Source of the DNA: Candidatus Eiseniibacteriota bacterium
GTDB taxonomy: Bacteria; Eisenbacteria; RBG-16-71-46; DASYSL01
DNA length: 60,187 bases
Direction of reading: 5' to 3'
NCBI GenBank assembly: GCA_031431875.1
Contig: JANPEF010000040.1
Location: 1 to 60,187, forward strand
The notes beneath the pieces are model-generated. The model did not search any database. It was not told the origin of the DNA and worked only from the letters and a program-made list of their open reading frames with translations. Below are positions 1 to 8,970 of this stretch, piece after piece. Position 1 is the first letter of the stretch; every line of letters starts with the position of its first letter. A program made the translations under genes and the position numbers.

Positions 1-150
1 GCGGTCGAGGACGTGCTCGCAAAGCGACTCTTCCCGAGCCGGCTCGCGCTGTCCGAGCCGTGGGCCGACTACTACTGGGGGCGGGTGCCGAGCCGGACGA
101 TTTCACGGTGGAGAGAGCATCGACGGAAGTACGCGGTGTAGGGCGCGCGC

Positions 151-194
151 AAGAAAACCGAATCGGGACGGCCCCGGGAAGGGACCGCACCGAT
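151..194 (-). terminator. Probable intrinsic terminator downstream of P5C dehydrogenase
   Basis: Minus strand ATCGGTGCGGTCCC-TTCCC-GGGGCCGTCCCGAT imperfect hairpin followed by TCGGTTTTCTT. Confidence 0.5.
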
Positions 195-219
195 CTACAC
201 ACAATCTTGCGGGCACAAC

Positions 220-1827
220 CTAGATCTTCTCGGCGATCGACTTGGCCTGGAGGAACAGCAACAGGTAGTCGCGCCCGCCCGCCTTCGAGTCCGTGCCGCT
301 CATGTTGAATCCGCCGAACGGGTGCGCGCCGACGATCGCGCCCGTGCACTTGCGGTTGATGTACAGGTTGCCGACGAAGAACTCGCGCCTGGCGCGCTCG
401 ATCTTCTGCGGGTTCTTCGTGAACACCGCGCCCGTCAGCCCGTACACGGTGCCGTTCGCCACGGCGAGCGCCTCGTCGAAGTCGGCGACCGGGATGACCG
501 CGAGCACGGGTCCGAAGATCTCCTCCTGCGCGATGGTCGCGTTCGGCGCCACGTCGGCGATGACGGTCGGCTGCACGAAGTACCCCTCCGCGCCGGGTAC
601 GGGGCCGCCGCCGTTGAGCACGCGACCCTCGGTCTTGCCGATCTCGACGTAGCGCAGGATCCCCTCGTAGGCGCGCTGGCTCGAGACCGGGCCCATGGAC
701 ACGCCGTAGCGATCGGGCTCGCCGACGCTCACCTGGTTCACGCGGGCCTGGAGCTTGGCGATGAACTCGTCGTAGATCGGCCGCGCCACGATCGCGCGTG
801 AGCAGGCCGAGCACTTCTGCCCGCTGAAGCCGAACGCCGACAGGGCCACGGCCTCGACCGCGGCGTCGATGTCGGCTTCCTCGTCGACGATGATCGCGTC
901 CTTGCCGCCCATCTCGGCGACGACGCGCTTGAGCCAGATCTGGCCGGGCTGCACCTCGGCGGCGAGCTTGTTGATGCCGATGCCCACGGCCTTCGAGCCG
1001 GTGAACGACACGAAGCGTGTCTTGGCGTGACGCACGATCGCGTCGCCTGCGAGGGCGCCGCCACCGGTGACGAAGTTGAACACGCCAGGTGGCAGGCCCA
1101 CCTCGTCCATGAGCGCGTGGAACTGCCACGCGATCGCCGGCGAGTCGGACGCGGGCTTCACGACGACGGTGTTGCCGGTGACGATCGCGGCGCTCGCCAT
1201 GCCGACGCAGATGGCGAGCGGGAAATTCCACGGCGGGATGACCGCGCCCACGCCGAGCGGCAGGTAGACCTGCGTGTCGCGCTCGCCCGGCAGCTGCGTG
1301 AGCGGAACGGGCTGGTCGTAACGCAGCATCTCGCGGGCGTAGAACTCGAGGAAGTCGATCGCCTCACCGGTGTCGGCGTCGGCCTCGCCCCACGACTTGC
1401 CGACCTCGAGCACCATCCACGCGGAAAACACGTTGCGCCGCTCGCGCATGCGCCGCGCCGCCTCGACGACGTATGCCGCGCGCTCGGCCGCGGGAACCCG
1501 CGACCACGTCGCGAACGCCGCGTGCGCGACCTCGATCGCGCGCTCGGCCTGGGCGCGGCTGGCCGAGGCGAAGCGTCCGATGAGCTCGGACGGGCGGGCC
1601 GGATTGGTCGAGTCGAACGGCTTCTCCTCGCCGTCGACGTGCTCGCCGCCGATCACCAGCGGGTAGGTGCGGCCGAGCTGGGCCTTCACCTCGGCGAGAG
1701 CGGCCTCGAACGCGGCGCGATGCTCGGGCTGCGCGAAGTCGAGGTACGTCGTCGGCGCGTAGGGCGGGAGCGTGTCGAGGCTCACCGGGGCGAGGCGCCC
1801 GGTGGTGCTGCCGGCGGCGGGGGTCAT
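220..1827 (-). CDS. rocA: 1-pyrroline-5-carboxylate (glutamate-semialdehyde) dehydrogenase
   Basis: ALDH motifs PWNFP, FTGS, AEMGGKD, GQKCSACS, EEIFGP, PFGGFNMSGT; start placed at ATG 1827 preceded by GGAGG. Confidence 0.9.
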   Translation of the reverse strand: MTPAAGSTTGRLAPVSLDTLPPYAPTTYLDFAQPEHRAAFEAALAEVKAQLGRTYPLVIGGEHVDGEEKPFDSTNPARPSELIGRFASASRAQAERAIEVAHAAFATWSRVPAAERAAYVVEAARRMRERRNVFSAWMVLEVGKSWGEADADTGEAIDFLEFYAREMLRYDQPVPLTQLPGERDTQVYLPLGVGAVIPPWNFPLAICVGMASAAIVTGNTVVVKPASDSPAIAWQFHALMDEVGLPPGVFNFVTGGGALAGDAIVRHAKTRFVSFTGSKAVGIGINKLAAEVQPGQIWLKRVVAEMGGKDAIIVDEEADIDAAVEAVALSAFGFSGQKCSACSRAIVARPIYDEFIAKLQARVNQVSVGEPDRYGVSMGPVSSQRAYEGILRYVEIGKTEGRVLNGGGPVPGAEGYFVQPTVIADVAPNATIAQEEIFGPVLAVIPVADFDEALAVANGTVYGLTGAVFTKNPQKIERARREFFVGNLYINRKCTGAIVGAHPFGGFNMSGTDSKAGGRDYLLLFLQAKSIAEKI

Positions 1828-1964
1828 CGAATCCTCCGGAGGGGTGCGCCCGCGCGGCGCATCCACGCGGGGCTCGATCACAGTCTAAGGGCGTCGCAGC
1901 GAGGCCGCAAGCCGCGCCGCCGAACTCGACCGCGCGGGCCCTTCTGCGGCATGATGCCAGCACC

Positions 1965-2789
1965 ATGACCGCATCACCCCTGCGCCTGCTCGCCGTTCTC
2001 GCCCATCCCGACGACGAAACCCTCGGACTGGGCGGCACGCTCGCGCGCTGCGCGGCCGAAGGTGTCGAGACGTACCTCGTCACGGCGACCCACGGCCAGA
2101 GCGGCCGCTATCACGACCTGCGGCCGGGTGAACCCGCGCATCCGGGGCCGGACCGCCTGGCCGCGATCCGCGAGTCCGAACTGCATGCCGCCGCCCGCGT
2201 CCTCGGCCTGCGCGGGGTACACCTGCTCGGCTACGTCGACGGCAAGCTCGACGACGCCGACCCGCGCGAGGTCACCGCCCGCATCGCCGAACACGTGCGG
2301 CGCATTCGCCCGCACGTCGTCGTCACGTTCGCCCAGGACGGTGGCTACGGTCACCCGGATCACGTCGCGATCGCGCAACTCACGACGGCGGCGCTGATCG
2401 CCGCCGCGGACCCCGCGCATCCGGGCGGCGTGCCACACGCGGTCGCCAAGTTCTACTTCATGGCGTGGCCCGCCGAAGCGTGGGGCGCGTACCAGGAGGC
2501 GTTCAAGAAACTCACCTCCATGGTCGACGGCGTCGAGCGCCAGGCGAACCCCTGGCCCGAGTGGCAACTGTCGACGCGCGTAGACACGCGCGCGTACTGG
2601 CCGATCGTCTGGCAGGCCGTCAACTGTCACGACTCGCAGGTGGCGAACTACGCCGGACTCGGCGCCCTCTCGCCCGAGCATCACGAGGGGCTGTGGGGCT
2701 GGCAGACGTTCTATCGCGTGTTCTCGACCGTGAACGGCGGGCGCGCCCGCGAGGACGACCTGTTTGCGGGGCTGCGGCATGGCACTTGA
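1965..2789 (+). CDS. PIG-L/LmbE family deacetylase
   Basis: AHPDDE and GHPDH motifs, C-terminal HDSQ. Confidence 0.88.
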   Translation: MTASPLRLLAVLAHPDDETLGLGGTLARCAAEGVETYLVTATHGQSGRYHDLRPGEPAHPGPDRLAAIRESELHAAARVLGLRGVHLLGYVDGKLDDADPREVTARIAEHVRRIRPHVVVTFAQDGGYGHPDHVAIAQLTTAALIAAADPAHPGGVPHAVAKFYFMAWPAEAWGAYQEAFKKLTSMVDGVERQANPWPEWQLSTRVDTRAYWPIVWQAVNCHDSQVANYAGLGALSPEHHEGLWGWQTFYRVFSTVNGGRAREDDLFAGLRHGT

Positions 2790-2831
2790 CATACTCAATG
2801 CGTTGAGTAAAACTACTCACTATGTTGAGTA
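2786..2831 (+). promoter_or_regulatory. Promoter with two tandem palindromic operators TACTCA-N6-TGAGTA
   Basis: TTGACA at 2786-2791; palindromes at 2792-2809 and 2814-2831, the second covering ATG 2822. Confidence 0.7.
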
Positions 2832-4036
2832 AATCAGCAACTCCTTATTCTAGAACACGATCCACGGTCCTGCAGGCGCGGCTGACCGAGCCACGGCGCT
2901 TTCTTCAAGCGGTGGTGGGTCCCCGGCAGGTCGGGAAATCCACACTCGTGCAGCAGGTCGTGGAGCGCCTCGGGGTCCCGGTCCGCTTCGCCAGCGCGGA
3001 CGAACCGACCCTGCGAGGTTCAGGGTGGATCGCGGAGCAGTGGGACATTGCCCGGGACGAAGCTCGGCATGCCGGCGACCGAGGTGCGATCCTCGTCCTC
3101 GACGAGATCCAGAAGGCACCCGCCTGGTCCGAGAGCGTCAAGCGGCTGTGGGACGAGGACACACGGCGGCGCCTGCCGTTGCGCGTCATCGTCCTCGGAT
3201 CCGCGCCCTTGCTTCTACACCAGGGCCTCAGTGACAGCCTCGCCGGACGATTCGAGACGCTCCACCTGCCGCACTGGTCGTTCCCGGAGATGCGGGACGC
3301 GTTCGGATGGTCGCTCGACGACTTCGTGTTCTACGGAGGCTATCCGGGATCGGCCCCGTTGATCGAAGATCCGCCTCGCTGGTCGCGCTACGTCAGCGAC
3401 TCGCTGATCGAGACCACGATTGCGCGGGATGTGCTCCTGCTGACGCGCGTCGACAAGCCGGTGCTTCTCCGCCGCTTGTTCGAGCTCGGGTGCAACTACT
3501 CGGGACAGGTACTCTCCTATACGAAGATGGTCGGGCAGTTGCTGGACGCCGGGAACTCGACGACGCTGGCCCACTACCTCGAGTTGCTCGCCGCAGCAGG
3601 AATGCTCACCGGTCTCCAGAAGTATGCGGGGACCGCCGTCCGCCGCCGGGGCTCGAGCCCGAAGCTTCAGGTCCTGAACAACGCGCTGAGGACCGCGCCC
3701 CTGAGAATCGACGTGGCGGAGGCGCGGGGCGACGCGACCCTCTGGGGCCGGCTGGTCGAATCGGCGGTCGGAGCCCAGCTTGCAAATGCGGCGGCGGCGG
3801 GGGAGTGTGAGCTCTTCTACTGGCGAGAGGGCGACCAGGAAGTCGACTTCGTCGTTCGTTCCGGCCGCGCGGTGCTGGCGATCGAGGTCAAGAGCGGGCT
3901 GGCGCGTGCTTCCCGCTCCGGACTCGATGCATTCACCAGGCGCTTCGGACACTCCCGACGGCTGGTCGTGGGTGGCGACGGTGTCGAACTCGAGTCCTTC
4001 CTCTCCCGACCCATCCGATCCTGGATCGACACCTGA
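2822..4036 (+). CDS. AAA+ ATPase with DUF4143 / PD-(D/E)xK nuclease-like C-terminus
   Basis: Walker A GPRQVGKS, Walker B LVLDEIQ, GS..SLAGRF, YGGYPG, C-terminal EVDFVV..AIEVKS. Confidence 0.85.
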   Translation: MLSKSATPYSRTRSTVLQARLTEPRRFLQAVVGPRQVGKSTLVQQVVERLGVPVRFASADEPTLRGSGWIAEQWDIARDEARHAGDRGAILVLDEIQKAPAWSESVKRLWDEDTRRRLPLRVIVLGSAPLLLHQGLSDSLAGRFETLHLPHWSFPEMRDAFGWSLDDFVFYGGYPGSAPLIEDPPRWSRYVSDSLIETTIARDVLLLTRVDKPVLLRRLFELGCNYSGQVLSYTKMVGQLLDAGNSTTLAHYLELLAAAGMLTGLQKYAGTAVRRRGSSPKLQVLNNALRTAPLRIDVAEARGDATLWGRLVESAVGAQLANAAAAGECELFYWREGDQEVDFVVRSGRAVLAIEVKSGLARASRSGLDAFTRRFGHSRRLVVGGDGVELESFLSRPIRSWIDT

Positions 4037-4055
4037 ACCGGAGACTGAACCGCCG

Positions 4056-5573
4056 ATGTCCGACTTCCCCGCCCGCCGCGATGCGCCCCTGGCGCTCGAT
4101 TCGACCACGTTCCGCGCGCTCGGCCACCGTCTCGTCGACCTCGTCGCCGACGGGCTCGCCGCGGTGCCCGCCGGTCCCGTCACACGCGGCGAGACGCCCG
4201 CGGAGATTCGTGCTGCGCTCGGCCTGGGCGGAGCGCTGCCCGAGCAGGGGACCGATCCGGCCGCGCTGCTCGAGACGACGGCGCGCGACCTGTTCGCGCA
4301 CTCGCTGTTCAACGGTCACCCGAAGTTCTTCGGCTACATCACCTCGTCGCCGGCGCCGATCGGCATCCTCGGCGATCTGCTCGCCTCCGCGATCAACCCG
4401 AACGTCGGCGCGTTTTCGCTCGCGCCTGCCGCGACCGAGATCGAGGTCGAGACCGTGCGCTGGATCGCGGAGCTGATCGGCTACCCGGGCGACTGCGGCG
4501 GCGTGCTCGTCAGCGGCGGCAACATGGCGAACTTCGTCGGCTTCTGGGCGGCGCGCGCGGCAGTCGCGTCGCGCGCCGGTGGCGACGTGCGCGTGCAGGG
4601 CGTGGCCGCGGTTGCGCCGCGGCTGTGCGTCTACGCCTCGGGCGAGACGCACACGTGGATCCAGAAGGCGACGGACCTCTCGGGTCTGGGCACCGACGCG
4701 ATCCGCTGGATCGCGACCGACGCGGAGCAGCGCATGGACCTTGCGGACCTGCGTGCGCGCATCGCGGCCGATCGTGCCGCGGGCGCCGTGCCGTTCCTCG
4801 TCGTCGGCACCGCGGGATCGGTGAGCACGGGTGCCGTCGACGACCTGCCTGCGATTGCGGCCGTGGCGCGCTCCGAGAACCTGTGGTTCCACGTCGATGG
4901 CGCGTACGGTGGAATGGCCGCGGCCGCGGCCGAAGCGCCGGCCGAGCTCAAGGGCCTGGCGCTCGCCGACTCCGTCGCGATCGACCCGCACAAGTGGCTG
5001 TACGCGCCGCTCGAGGCCGGTTGTGCTCTGGTGCGCGACCGCGCGAAGCTCGTGGCCGCGTTCTCGTATCACCCGGACTACTACCATCTCGAGGCCGGGC
5101 TCACGAACTTCGTCGACTACGGCATGCAGAACTCGCGCGGATTCCGCGCCCTCAAGGTGTGGCTCGCGCTGCGCCAGGCTGGCGCGGCGGGTTATCGGCG
5201 GATGATCGGCGACGACATCCGCCTGGCGCGCCTTCTCGCCGACGAGGTGCGCGCCACGCCCGAGCTCGAGTGCACGAGCGAGGGCCTGAGCATCACCACG
5301 TTTCGCTTCGTCCCCGCGAGCCTGGCGGCGCGCGCATCCGACCCCGCGGTCGTCGCGTACCTGAACGCCCTCAACCAGGCGCTGCTCGACCGCCTGCAGA
5401 AGGGCGGTGAGGCGTTCGTGTCCAACGCCGTCCTGCCCGACATGCGCTATGTCCTGCGCGCGTGCATCGTGAACATCCACACCCAGCGCGCCGACGTCGC
5501 CGCGCTGCCGGCGATCGTCGTCGTCAACGGGCGCGCGCTCGACGCGACGATGCGGCCGACCGCGATCGGCTAG
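4056..5573 (+). CDS. Group II PLP-dependent decarboxylase (aromatic amino acid/glutamate decarboxylase family)
   Basis: HPKFFGYI, SGGNMAN, HVDGAYGG, DPHKWLY (PLP lysine), SRGFRALKVW; ATG at 4056. Confidence 0.88.
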   Translation: MSDFPARRDAPLALDSTTFRALGHRLVDLVADGLAAVPAGPVTRGETPAEIRAALGLGGALPEQGTDPAALLETTARDLFAHSLFNGHPKFFGYITSSPAPIGILGDLLASAINPNVGAFSLAPAATEIEVETVRWIAELIGYPGDCGGVLVSGGNMANFVGFWAARAAVASRAGGDVRVQGVAAVAPRLCVYASGETHTWIQKATDLSGLGTDAIRWIATDAEQRMDLADLRARIAADRAAGAVPFLVVGTAGSVSTGAVDDLPAIAAVARSENLWFHVDGAYGGMAAAAAEAPAELKGLALADSVAIDPHKWLYAPLEAGCALVRDRAKLVAAFSYHPDYYHLEAGLTNFVDYGMQNSRGFRALKVWLALRQAGAAGYRRMIGDDIRLARLLADEVRATPELECTSEGLSITTFRFVPASLAARASDPAVVAYLNALNQALLDRLQKGGEAFVSNAVLPDMRYVLRACIVNIHTQRADVAALPAIVVVNGRALDATMRPTAIG

Positions 5574-5577
5574 CGCC

Positions 5578-6708
5578 TCACTCCCCGTACTTCTGCTTCA
5601 TGTGCGCGCGCACGGTCTTCGAGACCGTCTTCCAGCGTGCCTTCTCGGCCTTCTGGGCCCGGGCGTCGTGGCGGATCTCGAACGCGCGCAGCTCGCGGCG
5701 CAGCTTCTTCCAGTTGGCGAAGCGCTCGGCCGGCAGCGTCCCGGCGGCGACCGCGGCCTCGACTGCACAGCCGGGCTCGCCCTCGTGCGCGCAGTCGCGG
5801 AAGCGGCACACCGCGGCGAAGGCGTCGACGTCGGTGAAGCCGCGGTCGAGCACGGCCTCGCCCTCCTCGCCCCACAGCGCGAAGCGGCGCACGCCCGGGG
5901 TGTCGACGAGGATCGCGCCGCCCGGCAGCGGCACGAGCTCGCGCCACGTCGTCGTGTGCCGGCCGCGCTGGTCGCCGGTGCGCACGTCGCCCGTCTCGAG
6001 CCGTTCCTCGCCGAGCAGGCGGTTGATCAGCGTCGACTTGCCCACGCCCGACGAGCCCACGACGGCGATGGTCGAGCCGGGCTGCAGGTGCGGCGCAAGC
6101 GCCTCGAGCCCCGTGCCGGCAGCGGCCGCGAGCGGGATCACGGGGACGCCCGGAGCGACGGCCTGCACCAGTCCGATGCGCCGGTCGAGCTCGGCGGCGT
6201 CGACCAGGTCGGCCTTGTTGAGCAGCACGACAGGCCGCGCGCCGGACTCCCACGCGGCGACGACGAAGCGCTCGATGCGCCGCGGATTGAAGTCGCCGTC
6301 GAGCCCGGCGACGAGGAACAGCACGTCCACGTTCGCGGCGACGACCTGCTCGATCGTCTCGCGGCCGACGTCGAGGCGCGTGAAGGCGCTGGCGCGGGGC
6401 AGCACGGCGTGGACGACCGACGGCCCGTCCGCGGCGGGCTCGAGCGCGACCCAGTCGCCCACGGTGGGGAGGTCGGCAGGGCTCGCCGCCTCGTGACGCA
6501 GGCGCCCGCGCACGACGGCCGTGCGCGGCGGATCGTCGAGCCCGGTGAGGACGAGGATGCGATCGCGCTCGGCGCGCGCCACGCGTGCGGGCACGAGACC
6601 ACGCTCGGCGTATGGCGCAAACGACGCGGCGTGCGACGGCTTGAATCCGAGGTCGATCAGGGACGGTGGGGACTGCGGAAACTGCGGGCGCGGCATCGGC
6701 TGTGACAT
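5578..6708 (-). CDS. rsgA: Ribosome small subunit-dependent GTPase A
   Basis: PTVGDWV OB fold, AANVD, NKAD, GSSGVGKS, GRHTTT, DTPG, CRFRDCAHEGEPGC zinc site; ATG 6708 after AAAGGA. Confidence 0.92.
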   Translation of the reverse strand: MSQPMPRPQFPQSPPSLIDLGFKPSHAASFAPYAERGLVPARVARAERDRILVLTGLDDPPRTAVVRGRLRHEAASPADLPTVGDWVALEPAADGPSVVHAVLPRASAFTRLDVGRETIEQVVAANVDVLFLVAGLDGDFNPRRIERFVVAAWESGARPVVLLNKADLVDAAELDRRIGLVQAVAPGVPVIPLAAAAGTGLEALAPHLQPGSTIAVVGSSGVGKSTLINRLLGEERLETGDVRTGDQRGRHTTTWRELVPLPGGAILVDTPGVRRFALWGEEGEAVLDRGFTDVDAFAAVCRFRDCAHEGEPGCAVEAAVAAGTLPAERFANWKKLRRELRAFEIRHDARAQKAEKARWKTVSKTVRAHMKQKYGE

Positions 6709-6732
6709 GACGGAGAGCGTCCTTTCGACAGG

Positions 6733-6763
6733 AACGAAAACGGCCACCCCGATGGGGCGGCCG
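6733..6763 (-). terminator. Intrinsic terminator inside the rsgA 5' leader (attenuator)
   Basis: mRNA CGGCCGCCCC-AUC-GGGGUGGCCG followed by UUUUCGUU, ending about 25 nt before the rsgA start. Confidence 0.8.
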
Positions 6764-6795
6764 ACACTCCGTAAGACGATCTTGAGATCGCGGCG

Positions 6796-6852
6796 TTACG
6801 AGCGGTCGCTCCCGGGGAACGAGTGGACGGGGTGTGCGTTGGTCACCGTCAT
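6796..6852 (-). CDS. Putative leader peptide MTVTNAHPVHSFPGSDRS
   Basis: Strong RBS GAAAGGAG 6 nt before ATG; lies between the predicted promoter and the leader terminator. Confidence 0.65.
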   Translation of the reverse strand: MTVTNAHPVHSFPGSDRS

Positions 6853-6915
6853 GGCTTGCTCCTTTCCGTGCGCCGACCCGCACCGAGCGGGTTCGCGATC
6901 CCGAAGGACGAGAGA

Positions 6916-6945
6916 AGGCTACAAGGGGGTTGCAGGACACGTCAA
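6916..6945 (-). promoter_or_regulatory. sigma70-type promoter for the leader/rsgA transcript
   Basis: TTGACG-N18-TAGCCT on minus strand. Confidence 0.55.
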
Positions 6946-7009
6946 GTTCCAAGGTAAAAGTCGAAGATCACGTGAGGAATACCGTCGCTCAAACGGAAGG
7001 CCCCTTTGC

Positions 7010-7039
7010 TTGAACCTCCTGAGGGCTTCCGGGTAGCCT
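7010..7039 (+). promoter_or_regulatory. sigma70-type promoter for the DUF6883/DUF4926 pair
   Basis: TTGAAC-N18-TAGCCT. Confidence 0.4.
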
Positions 7040-7094
7040 AGTCGGCATGCGACTGCAGGTGTCGCTTGCCCCCAGCAACCGAAAGGCCGAAACG

Positions 7095-7436
7095 ATGCAC
7101 GACTCGCTTCCGAATGCCGAACTCGCGGTGGTGCCCGAGAGCAAGGTCACCGGATACCTGCTCTCCGAGAGTCATCCGGACGGTCGCGGGAAGGCGCGGT
7201 TCTTCATGCGGCACGGATTCAAGTCTGCCGAGCCGGAAACCCTGATCGCTGCCCTTCGACGCCATGCTGTGGGGGGCTCGGTCGTCAATCGGGCCGAGAC
7301 GGAGTTCGGAGGCCGCTACGTGGTCGATGGTATACTTCACACGCCAGACGGTCGGGACCCAAGAGTGCGGACGGTCTGGTTTCTGGGGCCGACTGATCCC
7401 GCCCCGAGGCTCGTGACCGCCTATCCGATTCGATGA
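7095..7436 (+). CDS. DUF6883-like protein (putative RNase toxin)
   Basis: LPNAELAVVPESKVTGYLLSESHPDGRGKARFF...PRLVTAYP pattern; ATG after GAAAGG. Confidence 0.65.
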   Translation: MHDSLPNAELAVVPESKVTGYLLSESHPDGRGKARFFMRHGFKSAEPETLIAALRRHAVGGSVVNRAETEFGGRYVVDGILHTPDGRDPRVRTVWFLGPTDPAPRLVTAYPIR

Positions 7437-7446
7437 GGGTAGCCAC

Positions 7447-7677
7447 ATGATTCGAGAACTTGATCGCGTCGTGCTGACGCAGCGTCTCGAGGATCTTGGA
7501 CTGGAGCCCGGGGATATCGGCACCGTGGTTCTGGTGCACGAAGCTGGCCGTGGATTCGAAGTCGAGTTCGTCACCCTGGACGGCACGTCGTACGCCGTTA
7601 CTTCCCTGAGTGCGGACCACGTCCGGCCGATCGATCGCAACGAAATCGCTCACGCACGAGTCGTCGCGGCTGCGTAG
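7447..7677 (+). CDS. DUF4926 domain protein (putative antitoxin/immunity)
   Basis: IRELDRVVL...GDIGTVVLVH...FEVEF..LDG pattern; RBS GAGGG. Confidence 0.75.
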   Translation: MIRELDRVVLTQRLEDLGLEPGDIGTVVLVHEAGRGFEVEFVTLDGTSYAVTSLSADHVRPIDRNEIAHARVVAAA

Positions 7678-7749
7678 CCGCGAGTCGCGCGTCCGCGTCG
7701 AGGCTCTCGACGAGTCTCCCCGGCCGACTCGTCGTGGCACACTGCGCCC

Positions 7750-8970
7750 ATGAACCTCCCCGGCGGACTCCGCCTGTTCCACCTGCGTCCCGGCGATCCC
7801 GACTTCCTCGACCTGCCGTGGGACCGCCCGCTGGCGGCCTGGCCCGCCGAGTGTTCGCGCATCGTCGAAATGCCGCGCGGCCTGTCGCGCCATGACGTCG
7901 TGTTCGTCGCCTACGAGCGGCGTGTCTACGCGCTCAAGGAACTACCGGTCGCGATCGGCGAGCGCGAGTATGGGCTGCTGCGCGAGCTCGAGGAGCGCGG
8001 GCTGCCGGCCGTGATTCCGGTCGGGCACGCGCACCGGCGCGCCGAGGGCAGCGACGAGGAGACCGGCGTGCTCATCACCCGCTTCCTCGAGGCGTCGTTG
8101 CCGTACCGCACGCTGTTCATGCAGCAAGGGCTCGAGCGCTATCGCGAACGCCTGCTCGACGCGATGGCCGGGCTGCTCGTGCGCCTGCACCTCGCCGGCT
8201 TCGTGTGGGGCGATTGCTCGTTGTCGAACACGCTGTTCCGCCGCGACGCGGGCGAACTGCAGGCCTACCTCGTCGACGCCGAGACCTCCGAGCTGCACGA
8301 CTCGATCTCGGACGGCCGCCGCGCCTACGATCTCGACGTGATGGAGGAGAACGTCGCCGGCGAGCTGGCCGACGTCGGGCACCTGGTCGCGCTGCCGCCG
8401 CTGCTGTCGATCGAGGAGACCGGCGCCCAGATCCGCTCGCGCTATACGCGCCTGTGGGAGGAGATCACGCGCGAGGTGCTGCTCAAGCCCGACGAGCGCT
8501 TCCGCATCCACGAGCGCATCCGTGCACTCAACGACCTGGGCTTCACCGTCGGCGAACTCGAGCTGCTGCCCGCGCCCGACGGCGAGCACCTGCGCCTGCG
8601 CACGATCGTCACCGATCGCGACTACCATCGTCACCTGTTGCACAGCATGACCGGCGTCGTGGCGGGGGACCGCCAGGCCGCGCAATTCCTCGACGAGATT
8701 CACGAGGTGAAGGCGACGCTGGCGCGCGAGAAGAATCGCAGCGTGCCCATGAGCGCCGCGGCGTTCTCGTGGCTCAAGGAGCGCTACGAGCCCACGGTCG
8801 AGCGGCTCGCCGCGGCGCGTGGCCCCGTCGCGGATGCGGCCGAGCTGTATGCCGAGGTGCTCGAGCACAAGTGGTTCCGCTCGGAGCAGGAACAGCGGGA
8901 CGTGGGGCTCGAGACGGCGATCGAGGACTACCTGGCGCGGTTCCGACCGGCGGACGGCGCGGCGGGCTGA
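7750..8970 (+). CDS. DUF4032 domain kinase-like protein
   Basis: DLPWDRPL, RGLSRH, WGDCSLSNTLFRRDAG, AYLVDAET, EVLEHKWF motifs. Confidence 0.8.
   Translation: MNLPGGLRLFHLRPGDPDFLDLPWDRPLAAWPAECSRIVEMPRGLSRHDVVFVAYERRVYALKELPVAIGEREYGLLRELEERGLPAVIPVGHAHRRAEGSDEETGVLITRFLEASLPYRTLFMQQGLERYRERLLDAMAGLLVRLHLAGFVWGDCSLSNTLFRRDAGELQAYLVDAETSELHDSISDGRRAYDLDVMEENVAGELADVGHLVALPPLLSIEETGAQIRSRYTRLWEEITREVLLKPDERFRIHERIRALNDLGFTVGELELLPAPDGEHLRLRTIVTDRDYHRHLLHSMTGVVAGDRQAAQFLDEIHEVKATLAREKNRSVPMSAAAFSWLKERYEPTVERLAAARGPVADAAELYAEVLEHKWFRSEQEQRDVGLETAIEDYLARFRPADGAAG

Noticed and set aside
1..150. Partial gene at the left edge
   Set aside because: Too short, with no supported start or motif.
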